A stretch of DNA of 64,000 bases from the human T2T-CHM13v2.0 reference genome, Homo sapiens, in the NCBI RefSeq assembly GCF_009914755.1, contig NC_060930.1, one strand, 5' to 3'. Positions 29,012 to 46,104 of this stretch are shown here, in pieces. Within the stretch, counting starts at the first letter, position 1; each line of letters starts with the position of its first letter. Position numbers and translations under genes: made by a program. Under the pieces are notes generated by a model, which was given only the letters and a program-made list of their open reading frames with translations, made no database searches and was not told the origin of the DNA.

Positions 29012-29979
29012 TAATTAGAAAACAAAACAAACAGGACACCAGCAAGACAGTGGAATAGGAGGCTCCTAACTTTCCTTCCTCCCACAAACACACAGAATAA
29101 ACACTGAGACATGAATTAATTCCCTTTGAGAGAAATCCAGAAACTAGTTGAGAGACTCCTACCTAGTGGGCAACTGAGATAATAACCACATTGCAGCTGA
29201 GACACACTAGTGCCATAAATCTAACCCTGGACACAGTGCCTTATAATTGGTAGGGAACCCCCAACTCCCAACATCTCCATAAAGAGCAAAGAATTTGGAT
29301 TACACATCTACTCCCCTAACTTTTACAGTTAGCACCTGAGGGGCTAGCTTCTAAATCACCTAGCTCTGAGAGATGATGAGGCTCACCATTCTCAAGTCCC
29401 CAGGGACCACAGAAAACAAAAAGATGGTTTTAAATGGGTACAGGAATATTTCCACAGGCTATTCCCTCTGGCTCCGTGCAGACAGAGCAGGCAATAATGC
29501 CCAGCTCCCAGTTTTTCCATGGAAAGAGTTAGACTACACATCTAACATCCAGACTTTTCCAGCTGCTGCCTGAGGGTCTAACTTCTAACCAGCCTGCATC
29601 TAGGAGGTGACAGGGCAGGCAATCTAGTAGTCTTCTGGGAGCCTGAATAGGTGTGTGGGCACCTCCTGCAGTTCCTTCCCGGGGCTCACTCCAGAGACAG
29701 AAACAAGCCTCCAGCTAAACTGCCTGTCTCTCAGAGTTATCTGCCAGCATTTGCTAGGCCCCTGGAGGTGACAGACAGCAAAGCAATGGTTTGAAAAGTG
29801 TCCACTTTGAGAGTGCAGGAATTTGCCCCAGCTACCCTTCCTGGCTCAGTGCTGAGCAAATGATGATAAACTCCAGGTCACAGCTTCTACTTGAGGAGAG
29901 AAAGGATTGGACTACACACCTAACATCCCAACTTTTCCAGCTGCTACAGGAGGGACTGGCTCCTGTCTTGACTGTTTCA

Positions 29980-30366
<387 letters not shown>

Positions 30367-30600
30367 CTATGGCTGGACTGACTGGTAAGTTTCTTCTATA
30401 TTAGGCCAGTCTGTGAAGACTGGGAGAGGTGGTTGTTTAATGTGCGGAAACCAATACAGAGTCAAGAAAAGTAAAGAAACATAAAAATGTGTTCTAAACA
30501 AAAGAAAAAGACAAATCTCCAGAGATTGACCCTAATGAAATGGAGATAAATTATTTACCACAGGGAGAATTCAAAATAATGGTCATAAAGATGCTCACTG

Positions 30601-30892
30601 GGCCGGGCACATTGGCTCACGCCTGTAATCCCAGTACTTTGGGAAGCTGAGGCAGGTGGATACCTGAGATCAGGAGCTCAAGACCAGCCTGACCAACATG
30701 GTAAAACCCTGTATCTACTAAAAATACAAAAAAAATTAGCTAGGCATGGTGGCACACACCTGTAATCCCAGCTACTTGGGAGGCTGAGGCACGAGAATCA
30801 CTTGCAGTGAGCTGAGATTGTGCTGCTGCACTCCAGCCTGGGCAACAGAGCGAGACTCTGTCTAAAAAAAAAAAAAACCAAACAAAAAAAAA
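30601..30892 (+). mobile_element. AluS with ~20-bp internal deletion in the right arm
   Basis: GGCCGGGC start; gagaatcacttg|cagtgagc lacks aacccgggaggcggaggttg (TTG microhomology). Confidence 0.95.
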
Positions 30893-31947
30893 CTTCATTC
30901 CAAGATGGCCAAATAGGAACAGCTCCAGTCTACAGCTCCTAGTGTGAGCGATGCAAAAGATGGGTGATTTCTGCATTTCCAACTGAGGTACCAGGTTCGT
31001 CTCATTGGGACTTGTTGGACAATGGATGCAGCCCACAGAGTGTGAGCCAAAGCAGGGTGGGGCATCGCCTCACCCAGGAAGCACAAGGGGTCGGGGAATT
31101 CCCTTTCCTAGCCAAGGGAAGCCATGACAGTACCTGGAAAATCGGGACAGTACCTGGAAAATCGGGACACTCCCACCCTAATACTGCACTTTTCCAACAG
31201 TCTTCGCAAATGGCACACCAGGAGATTATATCCCGTGCCTGGCTTGGCGGGTCCCATGCCCATGGAGCCTTGCTTACTGCTACCACAGCAGTCCAAGATC
31301 GAACTGCGAGGCAGCAGCGAGGCTGGGGGAGGGGCATCCACCATTGCTGAGGCTTGACTAGGTAAACAATGCGACTGGGAAGCTCGAACTGGGTGGAGCC
31401 CACCACAGCTCAAGGAGGCCTACCTGCCTCTGTAGACTCCACCTCTGGGGGTAGTGCATAGCTGAATAAAAGGCAGCAGAAACTTCTGCAGACTTAAATA
31501 TCCCTGTCTGACAGCTTTGAAGAGAGCAGTGGTTCTCCCAGCACAGAGTTTGAGATCTGAGAATGGACAGACTGCCTCCTCAAGTGGGTCCCTGACCCTC
31601 GAGTAGCCTAACTGGGAAACACCTCCCACTAGGGGCTGACTGACACCTCATACAACCGGGTGCCCCTCTGAGATGAAGCTTCCAGAGGAAGGATCAGGCA
31701 GCAACATTTGCTGTTCTGCAATATTTGCTGTTCTGCAGCCTCCGCTACTGGTGATACCCAGGCAAACAGGGTCTAGAGTAGACCTCCAGCAAACTCCAAC
31801 AGACCTGCAGCTGAGGGTCCTGACTGTTAGAAGGAAAACTAACAAACAGAAAGGAATAGCATCAACATCAACAAAAAGGACATCCACACCAAAACCCCAT
31901 CTGTAGGTCACCATTATCAAAGACCAAACGTAGATAAAACCACAAAG

Positions 31948-32968
31948 ATGGGGAGAAATCAGAGCAGAAAAGCTGAAAATTCTAAAAATCAGAGCGCCTC
32001 TTCTCCTCCAAAGGATCACAGCTCCTCGCCAGCAAAAGAACAAAGCTGGACAGAGAATGACTTTGACGAGCTGGCAGAGGTAGGCTTCAGAAGATTGGTA
32101 ATAACAAACTTCTCCGAGCTAAAGGAGGATGTTCGAACCCATTGCAAAGAAGCTGAAAACCTTGAAAAAAGATTAGACAAATGGCTAACTAGAACAAACA
32201 GCATAGAGAAGACCTTAAATGACCTGATGGAGCTGAAAACTATGGCACGAGAACTACGTGACACATGCACAAGCTTTAGTAGCCGACTTGATCAAGTGGA
32301 AGAAAGGGTATCAGTGATTGAAGATCAAACGAATGAAATGAAGCGAGAAGTTTAGAGAAAGAAGAATAAAAAGAAACTAACAAAACCTCCAAGAAATATG
32401 GGACTATGTGAAAAGACCAAATCTATGTCCGACTGGTGTACCTGAAAGTGATGGGGAGAATGGAACCAAGCTGGAAAACACTCTTCAGGATATTATCCAG
32501 GAGAACTTCCCCAACCTAGCAAGGCAGGCCAACATTCAAATTCAGGAAATACAGAGAACACCACAAAGATACTCCTCGAGAAGAGCAACCCCAAGATACA
32601 TAATTGTCAGATTCACCAAGGTTGAAATGAAGGAAAAAATGTTAACGGCAGCCAGAGAGAAAGGTCAGGTTACCCACAAAGGGAAGCCCATCAGACTAAC
32701 AGCGGATCTCTCAGCAGAAACTCTACAAGCCAGAAGAGAGTGGGGGCCAATATTCAACATTCTTAAAGGAAAGAATTTTCAACCCAGAATTTCATATCCA
32801 GCCAAACTAAGCTTCATAAGTGAAGGAGAAATAAAATCCTTTACAGACAAGCAAATGCTGAGAGATTTTGTCACCATCAGGCCTGCCTTACAAGAGCTCC
32901 TGAAGGAAGCACTAAACATGGAAAGGAACAATCAGTACCAGCGACTGCAAAAACATGCCAAACTGTAA
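31948..32968 (+). pseudogene. L1 ORF1p, disrupted
   Basis: MGRNQSRKAENSKNQSASSPPK ... LKEALNMERNNQYQRLQKHAKL, split by a frameshift near 32345-32355. Confidence 0.95.
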
Positions 32969-33031
32969 AGATCGTCGATGCTAGGAAGGAACTGCATCAA
33001 CTAACGTGCGAAATAACCAGCTAACATCATA

Positions 33032-36850
<3,819 letters not shown>

Positions 36851-38356
36851 ACAATGAGAACACTTGGACACAGAATGGGGAACATCACACACTGGGGCCT
36901 GTCATGAGGCTGGGGGAGGGGGAGGGATAGCATTAGGAGAAATACCTAATGTAAATGATGAGTTGACAGATGCAGCACACCAACATGGCACATGTATACA
37001 TATGTAACAAACCTGCATGTTGTGCACATGTACCCTAGAACTTAAAGTATAATAAAAAGAGAGAAAGAAAACTCTTATGAAACAATAAAAAATGATGGAC
37101 AATCCAAAAAAAAAAAAAAAAGATGTTCACTGGGGTCAAGAGATAAATTCATGAACAGAATGAGAATTTCAACAAAGAGATTTAAAAATTAAATAGTAAC
37201 AAACAGAAATCACAGCACTAAAGTATACAATAACGGAACTAAAAAATTCAATAGCAGGGTTCAACAGCAGACTAGATCTAGCAGAAGAAAAGGATCAGTG
37301 AACTTGAAGACAGGTCATTAGAAATCATACAATCAGAGGGAAAAAAAGAAAAATTGAAAGAGTCAACATAGCTTAAGGGACTTATGAGACACCAGCAAGT
37401 TGACCAACTGACAGCAATACAATAGTAATAGATTTCAATACCCCACTTTGAATAATGGATAGAACATGTGGCATGTAGACAGAAAAATCAATAAACAGCT
37501 AACTTGGAAAGCACTATAGACCAAATAGACCTAACAGACATATTTAGAACTTTTCACTCAATAGCAGAAGCACACATGGAACATTCTCCAGGATAGATCA
37601 TATGTTAAGTCACAAAACAAGTCTTAACAAATTCAAAAAGATAGAAATCGTACCAAGTGCCTTTTCCAACCACAATGGAATGAAGCCAGAAATCATTAAC
37701 AGCAAGAAAATGGGAAAATTTACAAACACATAGAAACTAAATAACATAATCTTGAACAACCACTGGGCTCAGTAGGAGATCAAAACAAAATTAAAAAAAA
37801 AAACTCCAGACAAATAAAAATGAAAATACAACTTATCAAAACTTATCAGATATAGCAAAAGCAATACTAAGAGGGACGTTTATAGTGACAAATACCACAT
37901 AACAAAACAAGAAAGCTCTTAAATAAATAAACTAGATTTCACGGGACTAGAAAGAAGAACAAACTAAACGCAAAGTTAGCAGAAGAAAGAAAATAATAAA
38001 GATTAGTACAGAAATAAATCAGAGACTAGAAAACAATAGAAAAATAATAAACAAAACCAAGAGTTTTTTTTAATACAAACAAAATTGACAAACCCTTAGC
38101 TAGATAACTAAGGAAAAAAAGAGAAACTCATAAATAAAATAAAAAAATGAAAGAGGGCATTACAACAGATGCCTCAGAAACAGAAAAGATCATAAGGGAT
38201 TATTATGAACAATTATATGTCAACCAATTAAATAACCTAGAGTGAATGGATGAATTCCTAGAATAAATAGCTTACCAAGACTGAATCAAGAATACAAAGC
38301 CTAAACATTTTAATAACAGATATGGAGATTGAAGTAATAATAATTTAAAAACCTCC

Positions 38357-38746
38357 TGTCATAGTCTGTTTTGTGTTGCTATAACAGAATACTTGAGGGT
38401 GAGTAATTTATTTTAAGACAAAAAAAGAGGTTTATATAGCTCAGTTTGGCAGGCTGGGAAGTCCAAAATCAAGCATCCCATCTGCCTTGTGCTGCTTCAA
38501 CTAATGGTGGAAAGCAGAAAAAATGGGGAATGGGTGTGTACAAAGAGATGAAACACAAGAAGCAGCCTCACTTTATAATAACCTGCTCTCATGATAACTG
38601 AGACTGCATTAAACCCTTCATGACTGCATTAATCGCTTCATGATCCAAATGCCTTTTAAAAGTCCCACCTTTTAGCACCATTACATTGGCAATTAAATTT
38701 GAGTGTGAGTTTTTGTGGGGACAAACTACATACAAACCATATAGCA
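38357..38746 (-). mobile_element. MSTC/D-like MaLR LTR inserted in L1MA ORF2
   Basis: tgtcatagtctgttttgtgttgctataacagaatac...caaaccatatagca; near-TSD CCTCC/CCTCT; host ORF2 resumes at aaagtccaagaccagatggcttcac. Confidence 0.85.
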
Positions 38747-40862
38747 CCTCTCAAAAAAGAAAAGTCCAAGACCAGATGGCTTCACAGCTGAGCACATATA
38801 TCTAACATATATTTAAAGAAAAATTAATACCAATCCTTCTTAAACCCTTCCAAAAATAGAAGTAGAGATAATATTTCCAAACTCATTTTATGAGGCTAGC
38901 TAGCATCACTCTGATATCAAGGCCAGACAAAGATTCCACAAGAAAACTAAACTACAGGCCAATATCTCTGGGTGAACATAGATGCAAAATTCCTCAATAA
39001 AATCATAGCAAACTGAATTTAAAACACATCAAAAAGACTATACACTGTGACCAGGTGGGGTTTACCCCTGGGATACAAGGGTGGCTTAAAATACCCAAAT
39101 CAATCAATGCAATATATCACATTAACAGAGTGAAAGATAAAAATCACATCATCATAGATGCAGAAAAAGCATTTGACAAAATTCAACATCCACTCAAGAT
39201 AAAAACTCTCAACAAAATAGGTATAGAAGAAAACTACCTCAACACAATGAGGGCCATTTATTAATATCCCACAACTAACATCATAATCAATAGAGAAAAA
39301 CTAAAAGCTTTTCCTCTAAGATCTGGTGCAAGGTATAGATTACCACTATCTCCATTTCTATTTAACATAGCACTGGAAGTACTAGCAAAAGCAATTGGAC
39401 AAGAAAAAGAAATAAAAGGCATCCAAATTGTAAAAGAAGAAGTAAAACTGTTTGCAGATGGCATGAGTCTATACGTAGAAATTTCTAAAAACTCCACCCA
39501 AAAAGCTATTAAAATTAATAATTAAATAAAGTTGTAGGATATAAAATTAACATACAAAAGTCAGGTGTGTTTCTTTACACAAACAACAATCTATCTAAAA
39601 AGAAAGTTTTACAAATATCTACTACGATTGGTACAAAAATTTAAATACTTAGGAATAAATGTAACCAAGGAGGTAAGAGATTTGTACACTGAAAACTATA
39701 AAACATTGATGAATGAAACTGAAGAAGACAAAGTAAATGAAAATGTTTATGGATCAAAATAATTAATATTGTTAAAATGTCCATAATACTCAAAGCAATA
39801 TACAGATTCAACACAATATCAAAATTCCAATATTTTTCACAGAAATAAAAACATTCTAAGATTGCATAAAACCACAAAAGACCTTAAATAGCCAAGGCAA
39901 TCTTGAGAAAGAAGAACAAAGTTGGAGGCATCACACTACCTGACTTCAAAATATACTATACAAAGCCATACAATCAAAACAGCACGGCACTGACATGAAA
40001 ACAGACACATAGACCGATGGAACAAAATAGAGAGCCCAGAAATAAATCTACACATTTAGAGTCAACTGATTTTTGACAAGCGTGACAAAAATACACATTG
40101 GGGAAAAGACAGCCTCTTCAATAAATGGTGTTGGGAAAACTGGGAACCCACATACAAAATAAAAAAATTACACCCTTATCTTACACCTTACATAAAATTC
40201 AACTCGAAATAGGTTAAAGACTTAAACAGAAGACCTGAAATTGTAAAACTCCTAGAAGAAAATGTAAGGGAAAACCTCCTTGACACTGGCCTTTGTAATG
40301 ATTTCTTGGACAGGACACCAAAAGCTCAGGAAACAAAAGCAAAAGTAAACAAGTGAGACTACATCAAACGAAAAATCTGCACAGAGAAGAAAACAATGGG
40401 CAAAACGAAAAGGCAACTATTGGTTGGGAGAAAATATTTGTAAACCATGTATCTGATAAGGAGTTAATATCCAAAATATATAAGGTATATATATATATAC
40501 ACATACAACTCAATAGCAAGAAAACCAAATCTAATTAAAAAATAGGTAAAGAACCTGAACAGATATTTTCCCAAGGATGACATAAAAAATGGCCAATAGA
40601 AAAAATGCTCAACATCTCTAATCATCATGGAAATGCAAATCAAACCCACAATGAGACATCATCTCAGACCTGTTAGAATAACCAATTTAAAAATATAAAA
40701 AATAACAAGTGTTGGCAATGTAGAGAAAAGGGAACCCTTTTACATTATGAGTGGGAATGCAAATTAGTACCGCCTTTATGGAAAACAGCAGTATGGCTGT
40801 TCCTCAGAAAATTACAAATAGAACTACCACATGATCCAGCAGTACCTTTTCTGGGTATATAC

Positions 40863-41280
40863 TGTGAAAGTAAAATATCTTGCACCCCCAAAATCACTAG
40901 CTAAAAGGAAAATTCAAGCTGGAAACTGCTCAGTGCAAACTTGCCTCCCATTCTATTCAAAGTCATCCCTCTGCTCACTGAGATAGATGCATACTCTGAT
41001 TGCCTCCTTTGGAAAGGTTTATCAGAAACTCAAAAGTAAGACCTGGCAGCCCCCTCCCTGCTTTGTCCCCGCCTTTCTGGATGGAACCAATGTACTTCTT
41101 ACATATATTGACTGATGTCTCATGTGTCCCTAAAATGTATAAAACTAAGCTGTGCCCCGATTACCTTGGGCACAGGTAGTCAGAACTCCCTGAGGCTGTG
41201 TCACAGGGGTGTGTCCTCAACCTTCGCAAAATAAACTTTCTAAATTAACTGAAACGTGTCTCAAATTTTCGGTGTTCACA
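40863..41280 (+). mobile_element. MER4A-like ERV1 solo LTR inserted in L1MA
   Basis: TGTGAAAGTAAAATATCTTG...cctcccattctattcaaagtcatccctctgctcactgagata...aaaataaactttctaaatt...TTCACA. Confidence 0.88.
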
Positions 41281-42279
41281 TCCGCAAAGGAAATGAAATC
41301 AGGATCTCGAAGCAATAACTGCATGCCCATCTTCATTGAAACATTATTCACAATAACTAAGATATGGAATCGACCTAAGTGGCTGTCCACCAATGAATGG
41401 ATAAAGCACATATAGTTTATACACACAATAGAATATTATTCATCCTTAATAAAGAAGATCCTGCTGTTTGCAACATGGATGAACCTCGATGTCATTATGC
41501 TAAGTGAAACAAGCCAGACACAGCAAGAAAAATACTGCATGATCTCTTATGTGGATTCTAAAAAAGTCAAATACATAGAAGCAGAGTAGAACAGTGGTTA
41601 CCAGGGGTGGAGACGTATGGAAATGGTTAAGATGTTGGTCAAAGGATACAAAGTTGCAGTTCTATAGGATGAATAAGTCTAGAGATGTAATGCATAGCAT
41701 AACTATAGTTAATACTGCATTGTGCATTGGAAACTTGCGGAGAGTACATTTCATGCGCTCTCACCACTTACACAAAATAGTAACTGTGAAGAGATGTATT
41801 ATGTTAATTAGCTTGACTGTAGAAATCATTTCACTGTGTACATGTATCAAAACATCATGTTGTACACCTTAAATATATAGTTTTTATTTTTAAAACACTG
41901 TTTGGGATTAAAAGCCCAGCTAATTCTGCCTTAATATCTCATTCTTATCCACAATGTCCACCCATAAGAAAGACGCCCGATACTCCGTGTAAACACACAC
42001 TCCCCATCTCCCATACAAATTTACCTTCTAGAGAGAGCCCTTTTCCCCAAACTCTCCTCTCAAAACACTCTGAAGCACAAGGTCTTTAGCCTAGTTAGAC
42101 ATTTTCTGAAAAACTTAGTTTAACTCAGCGTAGAGACACCATGAATTTCAGAGACCCAGTCCTGGGCCTGCTTCAGTTGCTTTAGCCTAGAGTTTCAACT
42201 CCCAGGTCCCGGGGAGGGATGCTCCAAGGAAGAAATAGAGGCCCTATTCCAGGGCTGTTTCTCGCAGACTAGCCACAGA

Positions 42280-42841
42280 AAATGCAGCCCAGCGCCACTT
42301 CCTTTCAGTAGCAACACGTTTCCAACACGTTTGTTAAGCGGGAACGGAAGTGAGCGGAAAGGAATGCGTTTGGTAAATCCCACTTTAAGGATTTCGTAAT
42401 CCTCCCAGGGATTCCCACCACCCGCACTCCACTCGCAGACGGCGGGCCTTCCTCCGACGCTGGGAGAAGGACCCTGGGAGAGGCAAGGAAGGGCTCCGGA
42501 ACCAGCGCAGCAGCGGGACGCTAGCCCGCCCACACGGCGGCCACTTGAAGGTCCTCCAGGGAACACCTGAGGCAGTGGGAGCGTCTGCCCTTTCCTAAGT
42601 CTCCTTGGAAAGAAGTTTTCGCTTTCGTTTCCGCAAACAAAGCATGCTCCGCGCTTTCAGGACCGGTGGCTCCCGTGGAGACCGCAGCGGAACCCAGTCC
42701 GCCTTCGCACGCGTCCGGGGGAGAAGCGGCCCCAGGACTAAGGGCGCGCGCCCGAGGAACCGGTGCTGTGACGACCAGAGCAAACACGCCGGATGTTCCT
42801 GTGTAGGCTGTGTAAGGAGTGACCGGAAGTAGAAACTGGGT
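42280..42841. promoter_or_regulatory. CpG island / probable Pol II promoter adjacent to the tRNA gene
   Basis: GC- and CpG-rich non-repeat sequence. ETS/GABP-type motifs CGGAAGTG (42345-42352), CCGGATGT (42789-42796), ACCGGAAGT (42822-42830). Confidence 0.8.
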
Positions 42842-42935
42842 GCTCCAGTGGCGCAATCGGTTAGCGCGCGGTACTTATATGGCAGTATGTGTGCGAGTGA
42901 TGCCGAGGTTGTGAGTTCGAGCCTCACCTGGAGCA
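42842..42935 (+). tRNA. TRI-TAT2-2: tRNA-Ile(TAT) with 20-nt intron (42880-42899)
   Basis: Acceptor stem GCTCCAG/CTGGAGC plus A73; A box TGGCGCAATCGG; anticodon TAT 42876-42878; intron after position 37; B box GAGTTCGAGCC. The locus-specific symbol is from recollection of the intron sequence. Confidence 0.97.
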
Positions 42936-42942
42936 TTGTTTT
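42936..42942 (+). terminator. Pol III terminator (TTGTTTT)
   Basis: T4 run immediately after the tRNA 3' end. Confidence 0.75.
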
Positions 42943-45523
42943 CCAACCCAAAATAGCATTACTTGAAGTGCCTTTCCCCCTGTAATCCGACTCCATCGTC
43001 TTTAACGTGTTTGGAATTGTGTACACAGTTTATTGTTATTGGTTTCCTTAGCCTTTTTAGAACCAAGCAACGCCAATTACCAACAAAATCCGTTGCGCCG
43101 CAGTGAGTTAGCTACCTTCTATCTCCACTTTGTTCTGCACGTCGATCTCAGGTAAAGAACATCATCTCTTTACATCCTTCTTTCCACTTTGTTCTTAGGA
43201 TCATCGATCATCGTTCCTCGGGGAGCCCCTGGCACATACTTAGTGCTAAGAAACTCCCATCAGGTGATAAGCATTGAACTCCATTTAAGGAAACTCAAAA
43301 GTGGGAAATAGTAAAAGGTTCCTGTCTGATTAAAGCTCTGATTGGGAGGGGTGTGGGGGGACTGATTTCTGACAACAGTGTCCCCTCCAGTATTTTTCCC
43401 CCACTTAATTTTACCCTGATAAAAATCAACAGTCATGGAAGATCTAGCAGCTTCTATCAACTGAGAAACAGCACCTGGTGTCCTCAGGCATTCAATTACC
43501 TGGACTTGGAAAAGGATGAGTGATAATAGACCCAGAAACCTGAAATCTTTAGAACAGCATTACAAGAATAAGCATATTGTTGTGGCTGAGGTGGGTAGGA
43601 AGTAGATAGGGATTTTGACTTTAAAATAGGCTTCCTCTCCCTATGACACCTGCAGTTTGCCTGGACATAGCTTTTATCATATGCTTCCCAACTCTTCAGC
43701 AAGAGAGGGAATTGAACTGAGTAATTGGGAGTTGTTTTCCTAGCTATAAAGATTGCCACAAATCTGAAAGCACATGTGTCCCACTTGGGACACGGAGGTG
43801 AGTGGAATTAAGCTGAGCACAGATAACTCTCTCTTGAGATCTGTATTCCTAAATGGGTCTTGCATGTATCTGGACATTGTCCACTCACAGACTCTCTCCT
43901 GAGAAAGGTTAGCGAGGTCCCGTTCAGGAATGCACCAGATGATAATAAAGTGAACACCTTCTCACTTTGTAGCTCTTGCTAAGCCACTGGAGTACCTTAA
44001 AAGCTATCAAAGCATAATCTTCAAATATATATATAGTAACTAATCACCAAATATTTATTTAAGTCACTAATGAGAAAAGGAGGAGTATGGTAAACTGATT
44101 GCAATGGCAATAGAAAAGGCTGGTAAAGGTATAGTCAGTGGGGGAAAAATAATGCTGACATGAGATTGCAAGTTTAAGTAAAAAACTAGCTAATGTCCTA
44201 TGAGGCAGTGAAAACTATGGCCTTTGGGATTATTTTTATCTAAAAGACAGAAACTAGTTGCATCTTTACTGGGTAAAAATCATTCAAAACTTAATATTCT
44301 ACATAATGACATTTAACCTTGTAATCTATTTTCTAATCATTAGTAAATAGTGACCTCCAAAAGTTCCATTAACTTAGAGGATTACTTGCCCCTTCAGTGG
44401 GCTTGTTAGACAATGCTCTAGTATTATTTTGAAAGAGTACTAATATCTTTTTTTTTTGCCTTATATTAACTTTTGGATATTTTTTCTGAATAGATTTAGC
44501 ACCTTAATTCAATTATTTTATCTCTGTTCCTGATCAGTTGAAGGTATTATTGAGTGTCTTCAGACAGTGTTTAAAAAATGGTGACCTTTGCCATAAAGAA
44601 TTTTTGTGAACTGGCTTAAGCCAGTTTTGTGATACACAACTTTGGGTGCTTTTGGTAGATGTCTGTAGGCAGCTTACTTTATAGTACTTTATACTATACC
44701 TTACTTTATAGTATAAAGTAAGGGATAGTTAGCTACAACATACCAACGAGTTATAGTGATAGAAGATCTTCAACAAAATTTTGTACATATATAGTCATTT
44801 ATTAGAAAGCAAGCAAAAAACAGTCATAAAACCTGTTCTCTAAGCTCAATGAAGTTCCCACGGTTTTGTCATTTGTTTTTGTTGTTGTCATTGTTGTTTT
44901 ACTAACTCCAAAACTACCTTTCATGAAAGCTTTGCTTGAGGCAAATGCAACAATATTTCAGAGTGAGGATTCAGCCAAACATCTCTAAGAAGAAAACCTC
45001 TGGACACAGCAGGACACAGAAATACTGAAATCTCCAGCCTAGGGCACCATCCCTCAAGTTAAAGGCTAGAACTCATTTAATTTTTATTCCCTTTGAACAG
45101 TGTCTCTTAAATATTTAATTCATTTTGGGAACCGCTAATTTACCCAGGGAGACTATATTTCTAATATTTTTTTCCCTTCACACCATGGGATCTTTGTTTC
45201 TAATATATTAATTAACTAATTAACAAGGACAAATTTCATCAAAGAAAACCAGTATCCAATATTCCATTATACTAATTATGGCAGCCTCTGGTGTTTATCA
45301 AAAATAAAGAAAACTGAAGTACTTTTGGTGGCCACTTCAGCAGTGTGGTTTTATTATGTTAAATGACAATCCTCCAGATTGTGATATCAGGGCAAGGGAC
45401 TGACTCTAGAATCATTTAAAATCATTTTAATATACACATTCGTATTATACAGCACAGTTGATTAAATTATTGCTCCTTCTCTATATCCACACCCTTTTTG
45501 TGGGTGGAGAGTTTGTCTTCACT

Positions 45524-46096
45524 TGTGGTAGACTGGATTCCTGAAAATGACTGAAACAGTATCCCTCATTCCCTTCTGCAATGTGAGCTTGGCACCTCCT
45601 CAGCTAGAAGTAGAGTCTGTTTCCCTTCACCTTGAATTTGGTTTGGGTTTGTAACTACTGTGAGCAATGGAATGCAGTAAAAATAACATTTTGTGATTTC
45701 TCAGCCCAGGCAGTAAGAAAACATATCAGCTTCCACTTTTACCTTTAAGGAGAAGCCAGCTCCCATGTTAAGAAGTTCAAATACCTAGAGACTGCGATGG
45801 TTTGCAGAGGCTCAAGCTAACCACATGGAAAGACATGGAGAGATATTCCTTGCCAACCCTCAACTACTCCAACTATTCTAAGACATCAAACCTGTGAGTG
45901 AAAAAGCCATCTCATACCTTACAACTCTAGCAGATGCCACATAGTGTAGAGATAAGCTCTCTCTGTCATTCTCTGTCAAAATTGTAAAATCATAAGCAAA
46001 TAAATAATCACAGTTGCTTCAAGTTACTACATTTGAGCATAGTATTTTAAGCCACTGCATTTGAGATGGTTTGTTATACAGCAATAGATAACTAAA
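45524..46096 (+). mobile_element. MLT1 (G/H-like) LTR
   Basis: tgtggtagactggattc start; end ttttaagccactgcatttgagatggtttgttatacagcaatagataact. Confidence 0.7.
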
Positions 46097-46104
46097 AAAC
46101 AAAG

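Noticed and set aside
42195-43026. Several 75-143 aa ORFs over the CpG island
   Set aside because: Expected from stop-poor GC-rich DNA; they overlap the tRNA and show no recognisable domain.
43085-43150. Possible second tRNA-like sequence
   Set aside because: No B box or acceptor stem found.
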